Assembly (NCBI GenBank): GCA_012517825.1
Contig: JAAYUG010000028.1
Span: 667 to 64,666, forward strand
From: Bacteroidales bacterium
Lineage (GTDB): Bacteria > Bacteroidota > Bacteroidia > Bacteroidales > JAAYUG01
Direction of reading: 5' to 3'
Length of the DNA stretch: 64,000 bases
Made by a program: the position numbers and the translations under genes
Shown here: one piece after another, positions 1-8,861 of the stretch
Layout: each line of letters begins with the position of its first letter
Position numbering within the stretch: position 1 is the first letter of the stretch
The notes under the pieces: generated by a model
The model's input: only the letters and a program-made list of their open reading frames with translations
Databases searched by the model: none
Told to the model about the DNA's origin: nothing

Positions 1-1410
1 GCAGCAAAAGGTTTTTCTGTAGAAATTTTCGAATCGGCTTCTCAACCCGGAGGAAAATTAAACGAATTGCGTCAGGAGGGCTTTCGTTTTGACAGAGGAC
101 CTTCATTGTTTACCCTGCCTCATTTGCTCGATGAAGTATTTTCAGATTTTGGCAAAGATCCCCGAGATTATTACACATACGATATTCTTCCGGTTATTTG
201 CAGGTATTTTTATGAAGACGGGACTGTGCTTGATGCTTACAGGGATCCGGTTCAGCTGGCTTCAGAAATTGAGACAAAAACAGGTGAAAAGGCACATAAG
301 GTGCTTCATTTTCTCGAGAAGAGCCGAAAGATATATGAACTGACCTCCAATGTCTTTTTGTTCCGGTCATTTCATCAGTTTTCCACTTTTGTTTCGCGGG
401 ATTTTATTAAAGCATTATTGCAATGGTATAAGCTCGACCCTTTTACTACCATGCATACCCGAAACAGCAGAATTTTCAGGGAAAAACATATCGTTCAACT
501 TTTTGACCGTTATGCCACTTATAACGGTTCCGATCCTTATCAGGCACCAGCTACCCTGAATGTTATACCGCATCTTGAACATAACATCGGTGCTTTTTTC
601 CCTGAGGGAGGCATGTACACAATTATTAAATCCCTGCGAAAGCTGGCAGAAGAATTTCAGGTATCAATCCATACCGGAACGAAGGTGGATGAAATAATTC
701 TATCGGGTAAAAAGGTTTCCGGGGTGCGTGCGGGGAATGACATACATCCCTCTGATATTGTCGTATCTGATGCGGATATTGTATACACTTATGCTCTGAT
801 AAAAAATCATCCGATACCAAAGCGTTTTATTACCTCCGGAAGGTCAACATCGGCTCTTATTTTTTACTGGGGTATCAAAGGGAATTACCCGGAGCTTGAT
901 TTGCACAATGTTTTGTTTTCATCTGACTATCAAAAGGAATTTGAATATTTGTTCCGAAAAAAGAGCATCACAGATGATCCGACGGTGTATATTTTTATCA
1001 GCAAAAAACGGGTACAGGGCGATGCGCCGGAAGGATCAGAGAACTGGTTTGTCATGATCAATACGCCCGAAAATATTGGCCAGGACTGGGATGTTCTGAT
1101 CAGCCATGCGCGCAAAAATATTCTGGCAAAAATTGAGCGGATAACAGGAAGAAGGATAGAGCCGCAAATTGTAACTGAGTCAATCCTTGATCCTCGGAAA
1201 ATAGAGGAGTATACATCTTCCTGGCATGGTTCACTTTACGGGGCACATTCCAATTCAGTTTTTTCTGCCTTTTTGCGTCATCCGAATTTCAGCCGTAAAA
1301 TACAGGGATTGTATTTTTGCGGTGGCAGTGTTCATCCGGGCGGAGGGATACCGCTTTGCCTTTCTTCTGCAAAGCTTGTAGCCGAATTGGTATGCCGGAG
1401 AGAACGTTAG
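1..1410 (+). CDS. Phytoene desaturase-family FAD-dependent oxidoreductase (CrtI/CrtD-like), 5'-truncated by the window edge
   Basis: Frame 1 is open from nt 1 (AAKGFSVEIFESASQPGGKLNELRQEGFRFDRGPSLFT...), so the listed ORF 67..1410 continues upstream. The C-terminal LYFCGGSVHPGGGIPL motif is typical of CrtI-type enzymes. TAG stop at 1408-1410. Confidence 0.85.
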   Translation, partial: AAKGFSVEIFESASQPGGKLNELRQEGFRFDRGPSLFTLPHLLDEVFSDFGKDPRDYYTYDILPVICRYFYEDGTVLDAYRDPVQLASEIETKTGEKAHKVLHFLEKSRKIYELTSNVFLFRSFHQFSTFVSRDFIKALLQWYKLDPFTTMHTRNSRIFREKHIVQLFDRYATYNGSDPYQAPATLNVIPHLEHNIGAFFPEGGMYTIIKSLRKLAEEFQVSIHTGTKVDEIILSGKKVSGVRAGNDIHPSDIVVSDADIVYTYALIKNHPIPKRFITSGRSTSALIFYWGIKGNYPELDLHNVLFSSDYQKEFEYLFRKKSITDDPTVYIFISKKRVQGDAPEGSENWFVMINTPENIGQDWDVLISHARKNILAKIERITGRRIEPQIVTESILDPRKIEEYTSSWHGSLYGAHSNSVFSAFLRHPNFSRKIQGLYFCGGSVHPGGGIPLCLSSAKLVAELVCRRER

Positions 1411-3353
1411 CGGGCCTCTGACATATCCACAGCTATTTCGAGATCCCAGTTGGAACGGACTTCCACGTCAGAGGGGTAAATAACCACTTTTTCGGGTTGT
1501 ATTTTTTTCAGGTAATTTCCGGTATCCCAGATTCCGTTGGCATTGGCATCAGCAATTGCTCTCAGTTTGTACTTTTTGGGTAGGAGGAGTTCAAAGACTG
1601 TATTTCCGGCCGAACCGGCGTTTCTTCTCAGCACAACTTTATCGTTTTCAATTAATTCATAAACCACGGGAGTTGTGGCATTCTGAGCCGTTACAATCAG
1701 TCTTCCGTAGTATTCAGCTTCCCTGGTTTTAAAGCGAACTTTCAGAGTATCGTTTATCTGATGATAGATGGTTTGTATCGCTCCGGGAAGGCAGACAAGC
1801 TGGAAGGTTGAGTTTTCAACCCATGGTACATCGAGTTGTATTTTACGGAAATTCCCTGCTTGTTTTTTGAGTTTGCAGGGATAGGGTGCGAAAATCGTAT
1901 CTTTAAGAATCTGAAGATCAATTAAAGATGTATCTATTCCAAGGATCGGGTGCGGCGCTTCAAGGATAAGGGATTCATTCAGTTCAATGATTTTGCCGGG
2001 AGAAGCGTTTCCTGTCAGTTTGAAACCGGAAGACTGCTCCTGTTTTTCTCCTTTCCTTGGTTTGCTTTGTGTTTTGGGGATAAAGGAAAACCGAAGCGTA
2101 TCGGAACGGATTATTGTATTTCCCGTTGAATCTGTTTCAGGGAATCGGGCAAGTAAACTGAGGTTTTGTTTTCTTATAAGGGAAGAATCCGTTATCCAGA
2201 AAAGGAAGGTATCGAGATTCTGAGACATTTCAGGAAGATACCAGGGCTGGTTTACTATAGTATCAACAGGTTCCAGGGTAACCGTATCGCGGGAAGGGAT
2301 GTTCAGGTACACCGCCAGAAGACAGGCTTCGGGACGTTTATAATCTTTCAGGTATTGAGCTGAAGGGAGTTCTTTGAAAAGACGAAAATGAACAACTGCG
2401 GCATATTCTTTTTCGGCCGGCAAGGATTCGGAGGAATCCGGTATGCTTTTCAGTGAATCAACGGGAGAACCGGAACCGACAGTGCGGGCCGAATCAATTG
2501 CTTCCCTCTGGATTCTGAAACTATCAGGATGCAAAAAAAGCAATGAATCGTCAAAGCCAATCATTTCGTCGGGAGGGTCGTAGCGCAAGTTGTTGTTTGC
2601 GTCAGCAAGAGCGATGATATTATAAGTTCCCTCCTTAAGGAAGGGAATGCGAAAATTTCCGTTTTTATCGGTACGGCCAACATAAAGAGGTTTCAGGCGA
2701 TAGGGTGCCGAATCGGACAGTTGTTCGTACAGCATCACCATGACCTGTTCTTTTGGTACTTTCAGATCATATGAACTGATGACCGAACCCTTCACGGTAA
2801 ACGAGTCGACGTAACTGCCGGTAGAGAAAACATAAATAAAACCCGGCACCGGATTATTTTCGGTAAAATCGGTAATTGCATTTCCGAAATTCAGGGTATA
2901 GGTGGTATTTTCCCTGAGTGTGTCTTCAATAATGATCTCGATCTTTTTGCCTTTCAGTTTAATTTCGGGTTGTTTATGCAAGGGAGGCGAAACAAGGAGT
3001 TCCTGCTGGACATTTTTCAAATCGAGGAATTCATTGAAGGTAATGACAATCTTTTTCGGGTGGATTCCGGTTGCTTTGAATGGCGGTTCACTATGCAGTA
3101 CAACCGGCGGGATGGTATCCTTGGGTCCGCCGGTAACTGTCCCGACTTTTGCGCAATTTGGCAGGAAAAAGGAAACCATCAGAAGCAAAAAAGGGAAAAT
3201 GCCGGTTAACCGGAGAAATGATTTTTTTAAGCCAGGTGATGTTGTTCCGGGCTCGTAAAAAGTTGCTGAAATTCCAACTTCCGGCCTTATCCGTTTTCTG
3301 CCGGAACAAGGCGCAGGTGTTAAAATATTTGAAAGCCGGAACATACTCTGCAC
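1407..3353 (-). CDS. Ig-like (SbsA/Big_5-type) domain lipoprotein
   Basis: 648-aa ORF. A hydrophobic segment ends in ...FFLPNC (lipobox-like), followed by GGPKDTIPPVVLHSEPP...ITFNEFLDL, as in Bacteroidota 'Ig-like domain-containing' lipoproteins. The exact start is uncertain; a CAAATTTA (-7 box on the minus strand) lies 36 nt upstream of the ATG at 3353. Confidence 0.65.
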   Translation of the reverse strand: MQSMFRLSNILTPAPCSGRKRIRPEVGISATFYEPGTTSPGLKKSFLRLTGIFPFLLLMVSFFLPNCAKVGTVTGGPKDTIPPVVLHSEPPFKATGIHPKKIVITFNEFLDLKNVQQELLVSPPLHKQPEIKLKGKKIEIIIEDTLRENTTYTLNFGNAITDFTENNPVPGFIYVFSTGSYVDSFTVKGSVISSYDLKVPKEQVMVMLYEQLSDSAPYRLKPLYVGRTDKNGNFRIPFLKEGTYNIIALADANNNLRYDPPDEMIGFDDSLLFLHPDSFRIQREAIDSARTVGSGSPVDSLKSIPDSSESLPAEKEYAAVVHFRLFKELPSAQYLKDYKRPEACLLAVYLNIPSRDTVTLEPVDTIVNQPWYLPEMSQNLDTFLFWITDSSLIRKQNLSLLARFPETDSTGNTIIRSDTLRFSFIPKTQSKPRKGEKQEQSSGFKLTGNASPGKIIELNESLILEAPHPILGIDTSLIDLQILKDTIFAPYPCKLKKQAGNFRKIQLDVPWVENSTFQLVCLPGAIQTIYHQINDTLKVRFKTREAEYYGRLIVTAQNATTPVVYELIENDKVVLRRNAGSAGNTVFELLLPKKYKLRAIADANANGIWDTGNYLKKIQPEKVVIYPSDVEVRSNWDLEIAVDMSEAR

Positions 3354-3388
3354 TTTTCGACTAAGTTAATCTGAGCAGGTTAAACGGC

Positions 3389-3396
3389 CAAATTTA
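3389..3396 (-). promoter_or_regulatory. Bacteroidota-type -7 promoter box (TAAATTTG on the minus strand)
   Basis: Matches TAnnTTTG, 36 nt upstream of the ATG at 3353. Confidence 0.4.
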
Positions 3397-3460
3397 TAGT
3401 TTTTGGATTGAGTTAAGAATAAAATCAAAGATTAAAAATGCACGTTCGCAAAAAATCTCG

Positions 3461-3468
3461 TACGTTTG
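3461..3468 (+). promoter_or_regulatory. Bacteroidota-type -7 promoter box (TACGTTTG)
   Basis: Matches TAnnTTTG, 25 nt upstream of the lgt ATG at 3493. Confidence 0.45.
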
Positions 3469-3492
3469 CACACTGAACCAAATGCATGAGAT

Positions 3493-4593
3493 ATGATTCT
3501 GAATGCGGTTATCTGGAATGCCAATCCGGAAATATTTTCTCTCGGAACTCTCAGTCTCCGGTGGTATGGTCTTTTGTTTGCCCTGGGGTTTGTCATCGGG
3601 TATTTTATTTTTCAGAATTTTTTCAGGAGAGAAGGCATATCGTACGAATACCTTGACAAACTGCTTGTTTACATGGCAGTTGGTACTATTGCAGGGGCAC
3701 GGCTCGGGCATTGTTTTTTTTATGATCCGAAGTATTACCTGAACAATCCGTTGGAAATTCTGGAAGTCTGGAAAGGCGGTCTGGCAAGTCATGGAGCAGC
3801 TATAGGAATTTTGCTGGCCTTATGGCTTTTTGTAAGGAAATACAAATTTTCTTACCTCTGGTTGCTCGACAGAATAGTTATTCCGGTTGCCCTGGCGGGA
3901 GCCTTCATACGTACCGGTAATCTCATGAATTCTGAGATTTATGGCGTGGCAACCCGGAGTACGAAAGGATTCATTTACGTGCATGATCTGACCCGCCAGC
4001 TTGAAAGACTGAAAGCGGTAAATTCCATTCATTACCGGGTAACAGGTGATAGCCTGTCCAACGGAAGGGCTTTGCCGATGGAAGTTCAGGTAACCCTGGG
4101 GTCGCAGTTGCGTGACTCTTCCTCTGCTGCTTTGTTTGCCGAATTAAGATTAAGGGAGTACCTTGCTAATAACCCGTTAGTTGAAGAAACAGATTTCTAT
4201 TATCCTCCTGATAAGGACTTCCGTTACAAAGTTGAGAAAAATGCAAAAGGAAGGTATGTCGTCACAGCGTATTTTATGGGTGTGCCAAAGTATCCGACAC
4301 AGATTTTTGAAGCGCTTTCCTATTTTGCTATCTTTTTGATTCTGTATGGCCTTTATTTGAAATACGGGACCAGGTTAAACAAGGGATTTTTGTTTGGAAT
4401 GTTTTTAATGCTGGTCTTCACGGCACGTTTCCTCATTGAGTTTATCAAGGAATTTCAGTCGGCTTTTGAAGCCAACCTGCCTCTGAATATGGGACAACTG
4501 CTGAGCATACCTTTCATTATAGCCGGAATTTATTTCATTGTGCAGTCGTTAAGAAAAAAGGAAAAGTCGGTTCATTTCGAAGAAAACGCTTAA
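3493..4593 (+). CDS. lgt: Prolipoprotein diacylglyceryl transferase, with a ~100-aa internal insertion
   Basis: N-terminal ...LSLRWYGLLFALGFVIG..., the GARLGHCFF motif, and the IRTGNLMNSEIYG and YPTQIFEAL motifs characteristic of Lgt. 366 aa against the usual ~270-290 aa. Confidence 0.85.
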   Translation: MILNAVIWNANPEIFSLGTLSLRWYGLLFALGFVIGYFIFQNFFRREGISYEYLDKLLVYMAVGTIAGARLGHCFFYDPKYYLNNPLEILEVWKGGLASHGAAIGILLALWLFVRKYKFSYLWLLDRIVIPVALAGAFIRTGNLMNSEIYGVATRSTKGFIYVHDLTRQLERLKAVNSIHYRVTGDSLSNGRALPMEVQVTLGSQLRDSSSAALFAELRLREYLANNPLVEETDFYYPPDKDFRYKVEKNAKGRYVVTAYFMGVPKYPTQIFEALSYFAIFLILYGLYLKYGTRLNKGFLFGMFLMLVFTARFLIEFIKEFQSAFEANLPLNMGQLLSIPFIIAGIYFIVQSLRKKEKSVHFEENA

Positions 4594-4615
4594 TTATTGG
4601 TTTGTTTTACCCGGC

Positions 4616-5140
4616 ATGGAATCAACTGCCGCCATTTATTACAGGACCATGACAGGGAATACACGGGAGGCTGCCCTGCGGATTTCGGAATTGTTCGGGG
4701 ACCGAACAAAGGGTTGCTACGATATTGTCAAAGATGGATTTCCGGATTGGGAAAAACATGATATCCTGTTGTTTGGAACCTGCACGTGGGATGTCGGGCA
4801 GCTTCCGCCGGGCTGGGAAAAGCTGGAAATCCTGCTGAACAATTCTTTAATACAGGGCAAGAAAATCGCATTGTTTGGATTAGGAGACCAGGGAAGTTAT
4901 CCGGATTCCTTTTCGGATGGGTTGGGCATCCTTTACCAGTGGTTCCGGAAGGCCGGGTGCAAAATCTACGGGCGATGGCCGGCTGAGGGATATACCTACG
5001 CTTTTTCAAAGGCTGAAGAAAACGGAGTTTTTGCCGGGCTGGTTCTCGATGAAAACCAGCAGCCTGAACTGTCTGAAACAAGAATAAAAACATGGGTAGA
5101 GCAAGTAAAAAAGGAAATGAATCGGGAAGCCAACAGGTAA
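4616..5140 (+). CDS. Flavodoxin
   Basis: AIYYRTMTGNTREAA FMN-phosphate loop, ...LLFGTCTWDVGQLP..., ...ALFGLGDQ..YPDSF. 174 aa, long-chain flavodoxin-like. Confidence 0.8.
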   Translation: MESTAAIYYRTMTGNTREAALRISELFGDRTKGCYDIVKDGFPDWEKHDILLFGTCTWDVGQLPPGWEKLEILLNNSLIQGKKIALFGLGDQGSYPDSFSDGLGILYQWFRKAGCKIYGRWPAEGYTYAFSKAEENGVFAGLVLDENQQPELSETRIKTWVEQVKKEMNREANR

Positions 5141-5221
5141 TTTTAGCCTCGCGGAGTTGTTTCTCATGCATATCAGCTAATTAATGAAAGAAGAAAAGGA
5201 ATTCTGAAGAAAGTAATTGCA

Positions 5222-6154
5222 ATGAGTGCGCATCTTCATTCTTCCGGTGCCCTTTCGGGTAAAAGTGGTGTGGCACAGGGCCGGCTGATTGTGGTGGTGA
5301 TGCTGAACCTGCTCATCACTCTGGCGGAACTGGCAGGGGGGATGCTGGCCAACAGCCTTGCCCTTGTATCGGATGCTGTTCATAACTTCGGAGACACATT
5401 GAGCATTTTTGTTGCGTGGCTGGCCGGCCGTATCAGCGACAGGGACCCGAATGTGCGGAAGACATACGGTTATCGCAGAGCCGAGATTCTGTCGGCTTTG
5501 CTGAATGCTTCTGTTCTCATTGTAATCTGTCTTTTTCTTCTTTCTGAAGGCTGGAAGCGCCTGATGCACCCCGAAAGCGTCAAAGGCGGTCTGATGATAT
5601 GGATAGCTCTGATTGGTTTTGCTGCCAATTTCCTGTCAATTCTTCTTCTGAAAAAAGAAGAAGGAAAAAGCTTAAACATCAGGGCAGCATACCTTCATCT
5701 TCTAGGGGATACCCTGTCGTCGGTAGCAGTTATTGCCGGAGGAATTCTGATTTTGTTTTTCCGCATTTACTGGATTGACCCTGTACTCACCCTGTTCATC
5801 AGTCTGTACATTCTCAAGGAGACGTATGAAGTTCTGCGACAGACGGTTGATATTCTGATGCAGGGAACACCAAAGGATCTGGATCTGAATCACGTACAGC
5901 ATGTTCTTGAACAAGTTGAAGGGATAGCTAATATTCACCACGTACATGCCTGGAATTTGTCGGACAGGGAAATTCATTTTGAATGCCATGTTGATCTGGC
6001 GGAAGATATCAGGATTAGTGAGTCGGAAAAAATTCTGAATCAAGTTACGGAGATTTTGCGTGAACAATTTGGAATTTCGCATGTTACTCTGCAGTTTGAA
6101 TACAATTGCTGCGACGATAAACAATTGCTGCACAGCAGAAAGGAGGAAACGTGA
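5222..6154 (+). CDS. Cation diffusion facilitator (CDF) family divalent-metal efflux transporter (CzcD/ZitB-like)
   Basis: Six predicted TMs. TM2 has LVSDAVHNFGD and TM5 has HLLGDTLSSV, both metal-site motifs. C-terminal cytoplasmic domain with ...IHHVHAWNL.... Confidence 0.85.
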   Translation: MSAHLHSSGALSGKSGVAQGRLIVVVMLNLLITLAELAGGMLANSLALVSDAVHNFGDTLSIFVAWLAGRISDRDPNVRKTYGYRRAEILSALLNASVLIVICLFLLSEGWKRLMHPESVKGGLMIWIALIGFAANFLSILLLKKEEGKSLNIRAAYLHLLGDTLSSVAVIAGGILILFFRIYWIDPVLTLFISLYILKETYEVLRQTVDILMQGTPKDLDLNHVQHVLEQVEGIANIHHVHAWNLSDREIHFECHVDLAEDIRISESEKILNQVTEILREQFGISHVTLQFEYNCCDDKQLLHSRKEET

Positions 6155-7434
6155 CAGAGTGGATTCTCAGGTATCTGAAGGAAACAGCAGTGCTTGGGAT
6201 GGAGATGGCTCCGTATCTGATGCTGGGTTTTCTTTTTGCCGGCATACTATATGTCTATTTTCCAAGGGAGAAAGTAACCCGCTATCTTGGGGGTAACAAT
6301 CTGCGATCGGTTATCAATGCAGCACTGATAGGTGTTCCCCTGCCTTTATGTTCGTGCGGGGTAATACCGGCTGGTATTTCTTTTTATAAGAGTGGTTCAT
6401 CCAGAGGGTCAACCGTATCGTTTCTTATATCGACACCCCAGACAGGGGTTGATTCCATTATGGCCACAGGATCATTGCTGGGATGGGCGTTTGCCATAGT
6501 TCGTCCTATAGTTGCCTTTCTCACAGGCATATTGGGCGGGCTGTTAACCAATCTTGCTTTCAGAAACGAAAACAGCAAGCCGGTTCAGAAAGTGGTGGAC
6601 CTTAATGGATCTGAAGAAGAGTTTCATTACAGGAACAAGTTTTTTGGCATGCTCCGGTATGCTTATGTTGATTTCCTTCAGGATATTGCCAAATGGCTCC
6701 TGATAGGTCTTCTGCTGGCAGGTCTGATATCGGTTCTCATACCTGATGATTTTTTTACCCGTTATCTGGGAAATAATCTGGTGAGCATGCTCTTGATATT
6801 GATGGTAGCGGTTCCCCTGTATGTGTGCGCAACGGGATCCATACCTATTGCAGCCGTTCTGATGATGAAAGGATTGTCACCTGGTGCGGCTCTTGTATTT
6901 CTTATGGCCGGGCCGGCTACCAATGTTGCCACCATGACGGTTATCGGCAAGGTAATGGGGAAAAAGGTATTGGGTATGTATATGGTATCTATCATCGGGG
7001 GGGCCTTGCTGTCAGGTATTTTAATTGACCTGCTGTTGCCTGCCCAGTGGTTTATCATGCCGTTGCATCATCTTCATCAGGCCCATGAGCACGGGCTTCC
7101 GCTCTGGCTGAAGGCCGGTTCGGGAATTGTTTTACTGGCACTCACACTATTTGCCATCTACAGAAGATATTTCAGGCCAAATAAGATAATCACAACTGAT
7201 ACTATCGAAAAAAAGGATGAAGCTATGAAGGAACTTTTGGTAAAAGTAGGCGGCATGACTTGCCAGCACTGTAAGATGAATGTGGAACGAACCTTAAAGG
7301 CTGTTCCTGGCATTCAGGTTGCAGAGGTTGATCTGAGTTCAGGCAAAGTTCTTCTGAAAGGGGATCAAATTGACCTGCAGGCTGTCAGAGACGGTGTCGA
7401 AAGTATTGGCTATACCTATGAAGGGGTTTTATAA
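6151..7434 (+). CDS. SO_0444/ArsP-type permease with a C-terminal heavy-metal-associated (HMA) domain
   Basis: Polytopic membrane protein with PLPLCSCGVIP and PLYVCATGSIP motifs. The C-terminal ~70 aa contain GMTCQHCKMNVERTLKAVPG (MxCxxC ferredoxin-like metal-binding fold). The GTG start overlaps the CDF stop (GTGA). Confidence 0.75.
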   Translation: MTEWILRYLKETAVLGMEMAPYLMLGFLFAGILYVYFPREKVTRYLGGNNLRSVINAALIGVPLPLCSCGVIPAGISFYKSGSSRGSTVSFLISTPQTGVDSIMATGSLLGWAFAIVRPIVAFLTGILGGLLTNLAFRNENSKPVQKVVDLNGSEEEFHYRNKFFGMLRYAYVDFLQDIAKWLLIGLLLAGLISVLIPDDFFTRYLGNNLVSMLLILMVAVPLYVCATGSIPIAAVLMMKGLSPGAALVFLMAGPATNVATMTVIGKVMGKKVLGMYMVSIIGGALLSGILIDLLLPAQWFIMPLHHLHQAHEHGLPLWLKAGSGIVLLALTLFAIYRRYFRPNKIITTDTIEKKDEAMKELLVKVGGMTCQHCKMNVERTLKAVPGIQVAEVDLSSGKVLLKGDQIDLQAVRDGVESIGYTYEGVL

Positions 7435-7474
7435 GTTTTCCCTCTCATATATTTCAGCATATCAGTTTAATCCT

Positions 7475-7482
7475 TATTTTTG
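7475..7482 (+). promoter_or_regulatory. Bacteroidota-type -7 promoter box (TATTTTTG)
   Basis: Matches TAnnTTTG, 85 nt upstream of the gpmA ATG. It overlaps a 13-nt direct repeat (see findings). Confidence 0.35.
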
Positions 7483-7566
7483 CAGTTCACTGTGCCATGC
7501 AGTTCATTGTTGAGAACAGACATGGCAGGTGGGTTATGCAATTCCAACCATTAAAAATGAAACAAT

Positions 7567-8316
7567 ATGCACAAACTGGTATTATTACGGCATGGTGAAA
7601 GTCAGTGGAACAAGGAAAACCGTTTCACGGGCTGGACGGATGTAGATCTTAGTGAAAAGGGCATAGAGGAAGCCAAAAATGCAGGACGTTTAATGAAAGA
7701 AGCGGGGCTTACGTTCGACATTGCTTATACTTCCGTGCTGAAGAGAGCTATCAGGACACTGTGGATTGCTCTGGATGAGATGGATATGATGTGGCTTCCC
7801 ATTGTCAACACCTGGCGTCTGAACGAACGTCATTACGGGGCCCTTCAGGGTTTGAACAAGGCAGAAACAGCCGCCAAACACGGAGAAGAAAAGGTAAAGA
7901 TATGGCGAAGAAGCTATGATGTTCCGCCGCCAGCCCTGGAAAAAACGGATCCGCGTTATCCCGGGAATTTTCCGGCTTACAAAAATGTTCCGGAAAAAGA
8001 TCTTCCTCTTACCGAATCACTGAAAGATACGGTTGTCCGTTTTCTTCCCTTCTGGCACGAAACCGTTGCTTCTACCATCAAATCAGGGAAGAAGGTTCTG
8101 ATTGCAGCACACGGAAACAGCCTGAGAGCTCTTGTCAAGTACCTTGACAATATGAGTGATGAAGCCATTGTGGAATTGAATATTCCTACCGGCGTTCCTC
8201 TCGTTTATGAACTGGATGATGATCTTAAACCCATCAAGCATTATTATCTCGGAGATGAAGAAGCTGTAAGAAAAGCCATGGAAGCTGTTGCCAATCAGGG
8301 TAAAGCCAAAAAGTAA
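7567..8316 (+). CDS. gpmA: 2,3-bisphosphoglycerate-dependent phosphoglycerate mutase
   Basis: [20 protein letters not shown] catalytic His motif, ...[10 protein letters not shown]..., ...[10 protein letters not shown].... Confidence 0.95.
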   Translation: MHKLVLLRHGESQWNKENRFTGWTDVDLSEKGIEEAKNAGRLMKEAGLTFDIAYTSVLKRAIRTLWIALDEMDMMWLPIVNTWRLNERHYGALQGLNKAETAAKHGEEKVKIWRRSYDVPPPALEKTDPRYPGNFPAYKNVPEKDLPLTESLKDTVVRFLPFWHETVASTIKSGKKVLIAAHGNSLRALVKYLDNMSDEAIVELNIPTGVPLVYELDDDLKPIKHYYLGDEEAVRKAMEAVANQGKAKK

Positions 8317-8339
8317 TTTTTGAGGAAGTTTAAACAAAA

Positions 8340-8374
8340 GCCGGTTGATGTTTTTGTCAACCGGCTTTTGTTTT
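8340..8374 (+). terminator. Rho-independent terminator after gpmA
   Basis: GCCGGTTGA / TCAACCGGC 9-bp stem, 8-nt loop, followed by TTTTGTTTT. Confidence 0.8.
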
Positions 8375-8495
8375 ATGTTCAGGTCAATTTTATTACGATC
8401 AGGAATAATATCATGGATTTCCGGTATTCCTGCTCGGAAGGAAAAAAATTTTAACATTTTTTATCATTCATCGAATAATGAATCAAAATTCTCTA

Positions 8496-8503
8496 TAACT
8501 TTG
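8496..8503 (+). promoter_or_regulatory. Bacteroidota-type -7 promoter box (TAACTTTG)
   Basis: Matches TAnnTTTG, 31 nt upstream of the ATG at 8534. Confidence 0.45.
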
Positions 8504-8533
8504 CAACGTTTTAAATTTTAATACTTTATCAAT

Positions 8534-8692
8534 ATGAAAAAACTGATTGCCTTATCATCTGTGGTTTTGATGCTTGTTCTGGCTTCCTGCGGCGGCAAAG
8601 CTACCAAACAGGAAACGACTGACACAACCAACGTACCTGTTGAGCAGCCGGTTGATAGCAATGCTGTTGATACAGCTGCTGTACAGCAGTAA
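8534..8692 (+). CDS. Small lipoprotein (52 aa), function unknown
   Basis: Below the ORF-track size cutoff. Manual translation gives MKKLIALSSVVLMLVLASCGGKATKQETTDTTNVPVEQPVDSNAVDTAAVQQ*, with lipobox LASC. It is flanked by its own -7 box and terminator. Confidence 0.6.
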   Translation: MKKLIALSSVVLMLVLASCGGKATKQETTDTTNVPVEQPVDSNAVDTAAVQQ

Positions 8693-8745
8693 ACATATCA
8701 TCATCAGCAAGACAGGACGGAGAAGTTATCAAAAGCTAAAGCATG

Positions 8746-8775
8746 GGAACGTCAAAGTGACGTTCCTTTTTTTTT
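8746..8775 (+). terminator. Rho-independent terminator after the small lipoprotein gene
   Basis: GGAACGTC / GACGTTCC stem, 5-nt loop, then a T9 run. Confidence 0.8.
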
Positions 8776-8803
8776 CGTATTCCGCCAGCCGCAATAGATT
8801 GTT

Positions 8804-8811
8804 TAATTTTG
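8804..8811 (+). promoter_or_regulatory. Bacteroidota-type -7 promoter box (TAATTTTG)
   Basis: Matches TAnnTTTG, 51 nt upstream of the sigma-factor ATG at 8862. Confidence 0.4.
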
Positions 8812-8861
8812 TGAAAGGTTTTTCCGTTATAGGTGTCAAATAGGCACCCAATTCTTCCTGG

